A stretch of DNA of 62,161 nt, counting the filler, from Globobulimina sp. (taxonomy: Eukaryota), in NCBI GenBank assembly GCA_003354225.1. It is 25 parts of 25 records of this genome, joined end to end, with 100 filler letters (N's around TTAATTAATTAA, not from the genome) between each part and the next. Parts side by side here need not be neighbours in the genome. Positions count along the whole stretch, not along the records: positions 49,819 to 52,207 come from PIVH01006966.1; positions 52,308 to 54,696 come from PIVH01006967.1; positions 54,797 to 57,185 come from PIVH01006968.1; positions 57,286 to 59,673 come from PIVH01006969.1; positions 59,774 to 62,161 come from PIVH01006970.1; 20 more parts are not named here. One strand, written 5' to 3'. The stretch's first letter is position 1, and every line of letters begins with the position of its first letter. Below, one piece after another: positions 50,671 through 62,161 of the stretch. The translations under genes were made by a program, and so were the position numbers. The notes under the pieces were generated by a model. That model searched no databases and was not told where the DNA came from. It worked only from the letters and a program-made list of their open reading frames with translations.

Positions 50671-51865
50671 AAACTTGTGTTGACTCTCAAAAACCTGTCC
50701 GCATTTTGACAGACAAAAAGACCAGAAAAGATGTTGAAATCGAAAAAGACCACAAAAGATGTCGCGTTTTCAAAGGAACAAGTTTTAACAGTCAAGTTCA
50801 GCGACTCTTTCCTTTGGCAAACAAACAACACCAATTACAATCAACAGTCGCATTAAGAGGAATTTCGAATGAAATTATCACCACAAGTAATAAATGTGAT
50901 TAAATTGGTATTTGGTAATTGAATTGATTTGAATTGAATTGGATAGAATTGAATAGAATTGAATAGAATTGAATTGTGTTAGATGGAGAATTAAATTTAG
51001 TGGAATTGGATGGAGAAATAATGACTCCACCAAAGTGTACGAGAGAAAAATGTGGAGAGACAAACGGGTGCATAGAAAAGTGGTAAAGCCACAAGTGCCA
51101 CGCGGCAGAACACACCGCGACAAGAACAAAAATAAGGCACACATAATAAATAAAGAAAATATGTGGTGCCCTTTTTGTAATAACTTGTTTAATGTGCAAG
51201 GGAATTTACAAAATGTTTACATTTCACATTTGCACATAAATGCTGCATTTTTTTTGAAATAATCTGCTCTTCAAACTAAGAAAACAAGCTTGAATTACAT
51301 CTTTTTTAACCCTTGCACATTAAACAAGTTATTACAAAAAGTGCACCACATATTTTCTTTATTTATTATGTGTGCCATCTTTTTGTTCTTGCCGCGGTGT
51401 GTTCTGCCGCGTGGCACTTGTGGCTTTACCACTTTTCTATGCACCCGTTTGTCTCTCCACATTTTTCTCTCGTACACTTTGGTGTGGTCATTCATATCAG
51501 TTCTGGGGTTGTCGCCCGTTTTCATTTATTTCTCCATCCAATTCCACTAAATTTAATTCTCCATCTAACACAATTCAATTCTATTCACTTCTATATCCAA
51601 TTCAATTCAATTACCAAATACCAATTTAATCACCTTACTTGTGATGATAATTCCATTCCTCTTTAATGCGACTGTTGATTGTAATTGGTGTCTGTTGTTT
51701 GTTTGCCAAAGGAAAGAGTCGCTGAACTTGACTGTTAAAACTTGTTCCTTTGAAAACGCCACATCTTTTGTGGTCTTTTTCGATTTCAACATCTTTTCTG
51801 GTCTTTTTGTCTGTCAAAATGCGGACAGGTTTTTGAGAGTCAAAAGAAGTTTTCAGTGCCAAGTG
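50658..51865. repeat. Diverged long inverted repeat: arms 50658-51202 and 51310-51865, 107-bp spacer
   Basis: Arms are reverse complements with substitutions, a ~35-bp indel and different (GAATT)n lengths; near-identical ORFs appear on opposite strands. Confidence 0.95.
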
Positions 51866-52307
51866 TTCCTTCTGGCCATTTTCTCGTCCATTCCATGGCC
51901 AAACCATACCAATTTTTTTTCTCGATACCATGATTACCATAATTCTCATTGTCTGTTTTATATTGAATGCCCCCTTTAATATCTATATTTGCAAAAGCAG
52001 CAAATCCCATTCTATCATCTTTCGCCTCCGTCCAATGTGTATTTAAATTCAATAAATCTCCGATGCGTTTAATGTATTTGAATGCGCGATCAATAGGATT
52101 GATTTTTTAGTTATTAGTATGTCAATTATATAACATCCCAAGGTGACGAATTCATCAATGATCATCCATTGATAAAACAAATTGATGAATGTCATCCATC
52201 ATACAAANNNNNNNNNNNNNNNNNNNNNNNNNNNNNNNNNNNNNNNNNNNNTTAATTAATTAANNNNNNNNNNNNNNNNNNNNNNNNNNNNNNNNNNNNN
52301 NNNNNNN

Positions 52308-52463
52308 GCAGTGAGTGATGGATGGACCAGACGCGTTGGATACAGATATGACAGAATATTAATGAAATCTAAAAGGTGGAATGTTGTTGATTTCAACATT
52401 TTGGGAGATGCGGAAAAAAGAATGCCATCAGATCATAAAGGAGTTGTCGTATATTTGGAATAA
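52308..52463 (+). pseudogene. EEP-family nuclease/phosphatase C-terminal relic
   Basis: MPSDHKGVVVYLE* motif with upstream stops. Confidence 0.45.
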
Positions 52464-52606
52464 ATATTGAATGTAAAGTCCAGCAAAATAGTAACATTTG
52501 CAATAGCAGTGAATAGCACACCGCACAACTTTTCAGTATATTGATACAAAGTTTTTTTTCACATTTTGAAAAACTTTGAAATTAAGCCTACAGTCCTCAT
52601 ATAACG

Positions 52607-53726
52607 ATGCCTGTTCGTTTAGGTATTGGTGACTGCGTTCTAGTTAGAACATCTCCGGAAGAGAATGAAAGCAAAAACGATGCAGATAACCCTCTGAAAC
52701 AAGGAATTGGTTTAATAAAATATATTGGATATATACATGGCCAGAAACATTCAACGAAACAATATGTTGGTATCGAACTAATTGAACCCATAGACACCGG
52801 CCATGATGGCAATATCAATGGATATCAATATTTCACAGCACAAAAACGTTGCGGAATCCATGTGTCATTAACCTCCATTTTATGCAAATTATCTGTTTCC
52901 GAAATTGTCAACAAATTAAAAGATGTTTTAACGTTTTTCAAAAATAAGTTATCTCAATATATGGTCGCGCTAAGTGACAGAGACGAATATATTGAAAAAC
53001 TAAAAGTACAGTTAAAAACAAATAAGTATAACAATAAAAATAGCATTTTTCCAAAATTAAAAATTTCAAATGATTCGTCCAATGCATCATATTCATATTC
53101 ATCATATCCCTCTATCCATCACTCATCATTTAAACTAAAAACCGCAAGCAAAGTAATTAACAAATTATTAACAGAAACGCGTACAAAACGTTATCATCCA
53201 TCGTCGTCCAAAGGATCCAGAAAACAATCACATATTTTAACGCCCATTACGCCAATCACACCTTATACACAATCATCATTTAAATCCATCGACCACTTAT
53301 TGATGGATAGTAACACGAATAACACAAATACTCCGACAACAAACACTGCTGCGAATATTTTGAAAGATACTAATTCAAATTCATATCCATCCACAAGTAC
53401 CCATACCAATGCAACGTCGACGTATACCAATAACACTGTAAATTCGCATAGAGCAATATTACCGGTCATAAATGAACCAAATCGTAATAATATTCATCGA
53501 AGCAGAAAAATATTATCATTACAAAACAATGCTTCATTAACATCAAATGACACATATTCCAGTGATGACGGATCTGAATCAAATAAGTTATTGTCGTATT
53601 CGAATCTATTAATTGATAATGACACTTTAAAAAATAATAATATTCACATATCAACGCCAAATACACCGAATAATATGCAATATGAACCACAGAAATATGT
53701 TAATTATCCATATCAAGCACCGTATG

Positions 53727-53762
<36 letters not shown>

Positions 53763-54316
53763 TAAATATCTCATTTAACACTGGAGTGCAAGTACCCGTA
53801 TTTGGGTCGCATTCATTCAATTATCAGCAGCAATCACCGAATGGTAATGGTGTTCTGCTACATTGTGCTAAATCTGCTGAATATATCCCACAGCCATCTG
53901 TACAGCGTATACAACATTCCATTGCATATCCAGCGCAGATGCAACATGTACAACACGTGCAGCATACACATGAATTATTTCCTGACACATCTGCATATGC
54001 CTCGTTGTCAGAGCCTGTGCCAAATAGCAACACTCCGACCCATTCAGCTCAAACTTCAATGTATACACAAAATATGTACCAACCAATCTTAAGATACTTT
54101 GCAGATTCAGTTGTTACTAATAATCAGAACGGAAAACATGTTAAATTTAAAAAAGGGAAAAACAAAAACGTTCGACATAGTAAATATTCACCGGCTGGAT
54201 CTGGAAAAGTATGGACAGAATCAAGATATAATGATAATGCAAATAATGACGAATTGGATGATGAATTAACAAAACAAGGATTTATTTTTTCTGCTCAATA
54301 TGTGTATGATGATTGA
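52607..54316 (+). CDS. CAP-Gly domain protein with a short coiled coil and disordered tail
   Basis: GLIKYIG, YVGIEL, GHDGNINGYQYF, CGIHV. Confidence 0.85.
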
Positions 54317-54796
54317 TGATAATTATAATTTGTAATTACTATATATTTAAATTATTTATTTTATTGAACCAAAATAACAAAACCAACATATTCAATGTAT
54401 TAATTGTCAGTTTTATACCATTATACAATATCGAATGCGAACCACAATAATTTATTAAATTAGCGCTAGTATTATAATGTTAATATGCCGGTCTTCTTTT
54501 GTCAACGTTTACGTTGATCCGTTTTTTTTAATTATTATGTTTTTTGTGTGTTTTTATTATGTTTGTTTGATTTTTGTTATGTTTTGTGTGTTACCTTTGT
54601 GTTTTGTAAATACGATTCTTTTTGCTGCTTTTTTGATGTAATTTGTGATTGTTTTGTGATTTTAGGTCTAGTTTTAATATCGTTACTTACAATGTTNNNN
54701 NNNNNNNNNNNNNNNNNNNNNNNNNNNNNNNNNNNNNNNNTTAATTAATTAANNNNNNNNNNNNNNNNNNNNNNNNNNNNNNNNNNNNNNNNNNNN

Positions 54797-56307
54797 AGAA
54801 GTTCTTGGACTCATTGAATAGGGCACAACTACGCTGTGTGTCCAATATGGTGACCTATGAACGCGGAGGAATGTATACAGTGAGGAAGAGCGGATCTGGC
54901 AAAGGTGTGTCGGGCACGCCATGCCGGCCAAGCAACCCTATATTGCAAGCGGACCGATCTGCGGTGATCCAATGGTATTCGAACGAATTGAACACCAAAA
55001 CGCAGGAAAGGGCAAACATGCAGCAGTGTATAACCGAGCTGCAGCGGTTTGTACGGCAGCACGAGCAGAGTCTGCGAGAGAAGGTGCGCAAATTGAAGGC
55101 GTTGAATCGGGTTATTACGACGCTGGGGAATGGCATTGAGAAACTGCAACGACAGCAACAGGACATAAACGAGGAGGAAGAGGAGGAGGATGAGGCTCAG
55201 GGACAGATGCAAGAGCTGCAGAATAGTATCGAAGACGAAAAATCTCAGATCGAGTCGTTGCGGGAAGAGATTGCGCCGCTTAAAGAGAGCGAGAAGGAGT
55301 TATTGCTAACTATCAGCAAAACGAAACTGAAATTGCAAGCGTTGGGGGACACGATTCAGAGCAAACGGCGGTCGTTGAATTCAGATCAGACATTGTTTCA
55401 GAAATTGATGGATGACTGCAATCGGACTAAGAAATGGATTGCCCAAATCCCGCCGAAAATCGCCCAGTTTGAGCAGAAATTGAAGGGAGATCGCGAGCAA
55501 TATGAAGCAGAGAAGGAGCGGGTAAACGATTTGTTGGTAGCTGCGCAAGCCTGCGGTTGTGGTGAGGAGGTAGTACCTGACCAATATCCGCGGAATCCAG
55601 CGGACCGAAATCGGGTGTTTCGCCTTTCCGATTTGAAACGGAGCAGAAAGCGGTTGGCGGCGGAGATCTATGAATGGGAGAATGAGCCTGGAAACAGTAA
55701 CAGCGATGAGATCCGACGGAGGTTCGAGAGCATAAAACCGAAATATGAGTCGCATCAACAACGCGTGGATAATGCCAATAAGAATTGCGACGAAATGAAC
55801 CGGTTTCTGCATCATCGGCGGAAGGAATACGAGATGATGAAAGGTGAGGTATCGCATCAGTTGTCGCAGGAATTCCGATATATTATGAAGCAGCAAGGAC
55901 ATGACGGCACATTGCGAGTGGATTACGACACGAAGGAGTTGGATATGTGCGTCCATATGAAGTCGCATGACGGCGCCAAGCAAGTGATGAACAGCAAGAC
56001 GCTATCTGGCGGAGAGCGGTCCTTTACGCAGGTCGCGCTGATTATGGCTCTGCAGAAGTTCAGTGGAGCGCCCATGTGTATTTATGACGAGTTTGACGTG
56101 TTTATGGATAGTGTGAATCGCGGGAACTCGATCAAGATATTGTTGAAGGCGGCGTTGGGCGCGGATAAGAATGAGAAGGAATCTGTTGGGAGCTGTGAGA
56201 GGCAGTATATATTCATTACGCCCAATGATGTGTCGCCGATTATTGCGCAAGGACATAAAAATCAAATCCGTATTCATAAATTGCAAGCGCCGAGACGGGG
56301 TGAATAA
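54797..56307 (+). CDS. SMC6: SMC6, C-terminal coiled coil and ATPase head; 5'-partial
   Basis: Signature LSGGERSF and Walker B DEFDVFMDSVNR, QYIFITP. Confidence 0.92.
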
Positions 56308-56708
56308 AATTGACGGTGATAGTATGTGATATTGACAGTGACATTGATATGTTTTCGTGTACATTTAATTTAATTTATTTATTTACATTTCTTCTTTTTT
56401 CTGTTTTGCTTTCCTCAATATGATGACTTTGATGTATTAATAAAATGCACCAAACAAAACTTACAACACCAACCAACAATACCTAGTATTATATAATTTA
56501 ACAGTATTTGAATCTCCTCTTGATTCTACAGTTTGTAATTGACTTTTTGCTTCCTGTGAAATGATCAATGGTTAGAACCATTTTAACAGTTTAATTTACC
56601 AAAAAAAACTGTTTTATTTTTAACGAACTTTAGCTTACAAAAGCCCTAGAGGCAGTAAAATAGAAACGAAAAACACAACTTGTACATGAAAAATAAAAAA
56701 CAAAAAAA

Positions 56709-56772
56709 TGTGATGCTTGGGATTTTAACCCAAATCTTATTCAAAAAGATGCTCTCAATGAGCTCGCATCAC
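56709..56772 (-). ncRNA. Miniature tRNA-like cloverleaf (64 nt), nominal anticodon TGA
   Basis: GTGATGC GA GCTC-ATTGA-GAGC ATCTT-TTTGAAT-AAGAT TTGGG-TTAAAAT-CCCAA GCATCAC A; all four stems are perfect Watson-Crick. Confidence 0.6.
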
Positions 56773-56782
56773 AATAAATTCG

Positions 56783-56995
56783 GTATCGATTGATGAGGCG
56801 ACTCCGTCGCCGCCAGAGATAACATAAAAAATGTATCGATCGATCGATGAGGCGACTTCGTCGCCGCCCATATGTAACATATTAAATAAATCTATCGATC
56901 GAGGAGGCGACTTCGTCGCCGCCATATATACCATAATAAATATGATACGGATCGATGGGCGACTCCGTCGCCGCCTTATATACCATAATAAATAT
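56783..56995. repeat. Four-unit array of the GC-rich hairpin GGCGAC-TYC-GTCGCC(GCC), period 52-55 bp
   Basis: Cores at 56797, 56851, 56906 and 56958, each preceded by ATCGAT-rich sequence and followed by AT-rich spacers. Confidence 0.92.
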
Positions 56996-57285
56996 AAAAT
57001 TTACAAAAGTATACAAACATATACAACAGAAACAAAAACAAAAACAAAAAATAGTAGTTTTTATGATTAAGGTATTGTATTACGGTTATTTACATATAAA
57101 ATCTCCGTCTGTTTGTATGCATAAAACGAAAAGTTTTGATTCTGTGCAGCTAAAATATTAATAAATAGTGGCTGCATTACCGTCTNNNNNNNNNNNNNNN
57201 NNNNNNNNNNNNNNNNNNNNNNNNNNNNNTTAATTAATTAANNNNNNNNNNNNNNNNNNNNNNNNNNNNNNNNNNNNNNNNNNNN

Positions 57286-59537
57286 ACAGCAGCCCCAACA
57301 ATAAGAAAATCAAAGCCATCCTGAAACAAAATGAAAATGAAAAGAAGCATTCCAAAACTGTTCGTTTTGCTGATGAGGAAGAAAAAAAAAAAAGAATAAA
57401 ACGCAACGACGATGCTTGGATCGAGGAGCGAGAGGAGAAATGGATCAAAAAATTGGAAAAAAGAATGGGTTTCACTCAGAAACGTTTTGGTGACGAGAAT
57501 GGGAATAAATATTGGCGACATCAGGAATTTACACAGGATGGCTTGGATTGCTTCTTTGATTTGGAACGACTGAGCGACGAAAGCGATGTTGATGGGCAAC
57601 GACAGCAAGAATACCAACAATACGTTGAATTTAACGACTTTGTGGATGGGAATAAGAATCCACAAATAAAGGATAAACCCACTGCGCAATTGAATGCATT
57701 TAAGATTAAACAATCAAACCTGGAAAAAAAGAAAAAAAAACTGGAAATTTATGGGGAAGCAGTATATGATTCGGATTGTGATTCGGATGGAAATGATATT
57801 GCAATGAAGGAGTTTTTAGAAGAAAGTGGTTCTGAATCGGAACAGGAACAGGAACAAAATAACAATAATAGCAATAAGAAGAAATATTTGCCGCCGCAGT
57901 TAAGAAGATTGCAGTTGCAAACTAATGATAAAAACATGCAATTAAAGAGATGTATTGGTGGTCATTTAAATCGTTTATTATGTCATAATTTGCGATCCGT
58001 TTCGAAAATAATCAATAATTTTTATAATGACAATGACAGCAAATACTCGCGGACAGAAATCACACAATCTCTTTGCGAATGTATTTATAATATGCTCTAT
58101 GACAAAGAAGCAAACAATGCCTTAAATTCAATAATGTTGTCTTTAGCGGCTTTAATTGCATTAATATACGCAAGCAATGGAATGGTTATTGGCTCAAATA
58201 TCATTGAAATATTTTCAAAACACATCCAATCAAATACAAATAATAAGTTTATGTATAATATGATCCGGTTATTGTCCTATTTATATTTATTTGAAATGTT
58301 AAACGCGAAGTACATTCTTGAAATATTAATTATATTCGTGGGACAATCCGAGAATGAATGCTTTAACATCTTGCATATTGTAATGGATATTTGTGGGCCG
58401 GAGCTAAGAAGTGATGATCCCGTTAAGTTTAAAGATTTAATTATTTTAATTTGCCAGAAATCAAAACTTTTATTAAAAAATGAGAAAACAACTCCAAAAG
58501 AAAAGCTTCAGATTGACACAACAATGAAACTAATATTTGATATCAAAGACAATAGAATGTGTTATAAAAAGCAAAGGCAACTTTCTGTTGGAAATAGTGG
58601 GCAGTTCAAACAATTAAAAGCGTCGATTGGTGTAATAAATTGCATGCGAATGAGTTACAAAGATTTTCTAAATATTCCTTTGCGTGGTCGATGGTGGATC
58701 GCTGGGGCGCCCATTAAGGGCAATAATAAAATAATAATAAAAGAAATAAACCCCATTTGGAGATCAACTGAGAGCGCATATTCATTCCCTGATAAATTGA
58801 TGAAAATGGCCAAGGAGTTTCATATGAATTCACCGCTTCGAAGAGCAATATTTTGCATTGTCATGGATAGTGATGATTATATTGAGGCGTTTAGGAAATT
58901 GCTGCAATTAAATCTTAGCGGTACGGACCATATACGGATTATATTGTTGTTATGTCTGCGGCAATTAAAATATAATAAATATTATTGCTTATTGTTGGGC
59001 AAATTAATAAAACATAAGAAAGCATGGAAGTTTTCATTGCATTGCGCTTTTTGGGATAAGTTTAATGAAATTAATGAGATGCAAACCAATGATCTTTTAA
59101 ATATGGCCAATTTGTTGGGGGATTTGATAAATATGCATTATTTGACTTTGGTGGTGTTAAAAAAAATGGATATTCTTAATGTGGATATGAAAAATATGTT
59201 ATTTGTGAATAATTTGTTGAGGAAATTACTAATTAAAAATAATATGTTTGCAACGTTGAGCAGAAATAATAAATTGAAGGATTTGAGACAAGACATTCAA
59301 TTGTTTTTACATTCATTGATGATTCCGACCACAAAAAAAGATATTTCTGAGTTGAAAAAGAAACATAAAAATTGTCAATTATTATATAAGGACAATAAAG
59401 TCAACAAAGATGAATTAATAAATATTGGACTAGAATTGAGAAAGGAGGAGGATTTACTTATTCTCATCAAAAGTGTTTTGAATGCAATGGAAGATAATCA
59501 AGTTCAAAAATCTGTGTATAATCAGTTGACTGTTTGA
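57286..59537 (+). CDS. NOM1: Nucleolar MIF4G domain protein NOM1/Sgd1 (MIF4G plus MA3); 5'-partial
   Basis: KYLPPQLR, GHLNRL, GPELRSDDP, RGRWWIAG, MNSPLRRAIFCIVM.S.DY.EAF.KL, YNKYY. Confidence 0.92.
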
Positions 59538-59869
59538 TTCAATTTTGCATTATTCATTTAACAGCAACAAATGACTCGTATGTTGTGAATTATGCGGATT
59601 GTTTCGTGAGAAAACACTCTCAATCCCATAATTTATACAACATTCACTTGACACAGCATGTTGATGGGCATGANNNNNNNNNNNNNNNNNNNNNNNNNNN
59701 NNNNNNNNNNNNNNNNNTTAATTAATTAANNNNNNNNNNNNNNNNNNNNNNNNNNNNNNNNNNNNNNNNNNNNTTGAATGCTTGGATAAAACTTACTTCA
59801 AACTAAAATCGGCTCCAATACCACAGTTGTATTCGCAATTTCGCAGGCATATAATCACCCGCAAATGCT

Positions 59870-61913
59870 ATGGCAGAACTAAAGTTTTGTCGCAAAATGT
59901 ATCATTGATTATAAATACGTATATTATAATAAAAAATATAGATTTCTAGATGCATGCAAAGGAGGCAAATTACAAAAAGTTAAAACAGCGCTAAACAAGG
60001 ACATAGACATCAACTATTCCATCAAAAGACACTATGACAACAAAACCGCTTTAATCCTAGCCTCAGAAGGCGGTCATTCCGCCATTGTAACTTTATTAAT
60101 CAACGCCGGCGCCAATGTCGACGGCGTAGACAAATACGGCATGACTGCCATACACCACGCTGCCTTCAAAGGCCACAGTCAAATCTGTCAAATCTTAATC
60201 AACCACAACGCAGATATCGACTGTTACGACAAAGCCTCTCTCACTCCCTTACACGAAGCAGCCTCCTCCGGCAAGGGCGGTGTGATCAAAATCTTATTGA
60301 AAGCGGGCGCTTCGGTCATATTAACCGATAAAAACAACAAAACCGCCTTGGATCTCGCCAAGGAATTCAACCGTACCACGTGTTGTAAGTACTTGCAAAA
60401 AGGCTTACAAAGACACAACAAAAAGATGGCCAAACTAAATCTACTAAATTTAAAGCAAAGCATCTCTGCGGATGAGAGCAAGGAAAATGTGGCAAACACA
60501 CATCGACAAAAAGTGAAACAGCGCACTGTTTCGCAGTATATAGGCAAGACCAAAACCAGTGGCCCGAAAAAATCCAAACATGCGACGGAAACCGATCGGA
60601 TGGCTACTTTTGCCACGCAATTAAACCTATTTTCCAACAACCAAAATCAGGAAGAAATCGACACATTGAAATCGCAGATTGTCGGTTTGAAGGATCGAGT
60701 GAAAAAACTGCAAACTGACAAAGAGAGTTTGAAAGTGGAGATGGCTCAGAATAATGTGGAGGAAAATAATGAGCTACGGACTGAGATTAAAGAGTTGAAG
60801 GATACGATTGTGATTATTGAGGAAGAGAATGAGAGACAGGACAAAGATCTACAAACTAAACAGAGGGAGGTCAATAAGTTAAAGCAGCAGATATTGAAAG
60901 AAAAGCATAAGTTTGAAAAGGAAAAGAAGGAAATCAACCGACGGTATAAGGAGAAAATCAAAGTGATTGAGCAGAAGTATGCGACCAAGGTAGTGGAGGA
61001 CGACGAGCATAAAGGCAGAGAGGATGCGGATATCAATGAGATTATCGATGAGTGCGAGGGTGACAGCGAGCGGCTGACCGAGAAGTTGTATGAGGTGATG
61101 GAGATTATGAAGCGAGTGGATGGCGAGAATGAAGAGTTGAAGCAAGAGATTGAGAGTTTGAACAAGAAGCATAGCAAGAAAGTGGATGCGTTGTTGAATA
61201 ATTATACGGCGGTACGGGAGGAGTTAAGTGAGCACGGCCATGGACAGAATGTGAGTGCGACTGTGTCGGTGGGAGAGGTGAAGGGGCCGCGGCATTCGCG
61301 GAGGAACTCGAAGGTGTTGCGGAAGATGGATCGGTTTGAGAAGTGGATGGTGAATGAGGTGGCATTGCCGCAGTATATTGATAATTTCCATGCGAACAAT
61401 TATGATCGGATTGATGTGGTTAAGACATTGAAGGAATCGGATCTGCGCGAGATTGGAGTGTCTAAGACTGGCCATAGACGGCTGATTATGGAGAAGATCC
61501 AGGATTTGCAGAGTAAGCATGGAGGGAAAGAGGAGAATGAATTATTGAAAAGTATTCACGAATTAAGTAAAGAGACACACAATGAATTGAAGGAAATGCG
61601 ACAACAATTGAATGAAGAAAGGAAAATAAATCATGAGTTGCGAGGCAAAATACGTAAAAAAAATCGACAATTAAAAATGTTGGTTAATAATCATGAGGCG
61701 GAGGATGGCAATGAGGAATATACTGCACCGGTTGCATATGATTCGAATAATAATCCGAATATACGGCACCAGCCGAGTCTGGGTAGTGTGGATAGTGCGT
61801 TCTCGTTGACACAAAATGTCAATTCGAATGATAATAATAAGCCATCAACATTTCAAAGTTGGTGTATTAATATGGGATTTCAACCATCGAAAACTAAATG
61901 TTCATGGTTTTAA
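59870..61913 (+). CDS. Ankyrin-repeat, coiled-coil and SAM domain protein; intron 59899-59941
   Basis: Ankyrin repeats TALILAS, TAIHHAA, TPLHEAA, TALDLA; SAM LPQYIDNF...DLREIGV.KTGHR. Confidence 0.85.
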
Positions 61914-62161
61914 TATTTAGTCGATCCACGTGTTTGTTTGCATTGTTTGTCTGGTTGACTTGTTTTTTTTTAATATTGTATTTCTAATTTTCTATTAGTT
62001 TGTAACGTTTGCTTTGAACTTATTTCTATTGGTTTGTGAATTCTTATAATATACAAAAACGTATTTCTTAATGGCTATTAGTATTAATTTGTGAATTGCT
62101 ATATTAGGGTTATAATAGTCCGACGTTTTTTTATTGCGAATAAAATTTAAATAAAAACTTT

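Noticed and set aside
56783-56995. CRISPR array
   Set aside because: The conserved core is short, spacers 3 and 4 share TATATACCATAATAAATAT, there are no cas genes, and the contig carries eukaryotic SMC6; kept as a hairpin array
2394-59773. Periodic TTAATTAATTAA palindromes flanked by Ns as a biological repeat or array
   Set aside because: They are synthetic contig-joining linkers; ORFs ending in XXXLIN are artefacts of them

Overview
This window is not a contiguous locus. It is 25 unrelated contigs of about 2.39 kb, sorted by descending length and joined by 100-bp spacers (N44-TTAATTAATTAA-N44), so adjacency across spacers means nothing. Twenty-four contigs come from an AT-rich protist with short GT-AG introns and the standard genetic code. 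The style (PT-rich surface proteins; Kelch, SPRY, SAM and RCC1 families; frequent pseudogene lesions) suggests a foraminiferan or other rhizarian, which is an inference. Recognisable genes include nocturnin-like EEP, a GT8-GT32 glycosyltransferase fusion, NCKX, CCDC191, IleRS, rotatin, a WWE-PARP, an inositol 5-phosphatase, APC1, SLC38 and SLC17 transporters, PP4R1, NMNAT, a CAP-Gly protein, SMC6 and NOM1. One contig (47330-49718) is prokaryotic-viral. It carries a packaging-ATPase C-terminus, a bidirectional intrinsic terminator, and a mostly coupled operon encoding a single-repeat annexin-like protein, a membrane-anchored lysozyme-like protein, a holin-like peptide, two similar beta-rich proteins and a Cys-rich peptide; it most likely derives from a small tailless double-jelly-roll phage. 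Other highlights are two miniaturised tRNA-like cloverleaves (one abutting a 4-unit hairpin array), a ~100-aa insertion in the IleRS editing domain, a recurrent GYxR..I..I..Y/F motif, a CK2 chimera joined at a protein-level microhomology, and a ~550-bp diverged inverted repeat.
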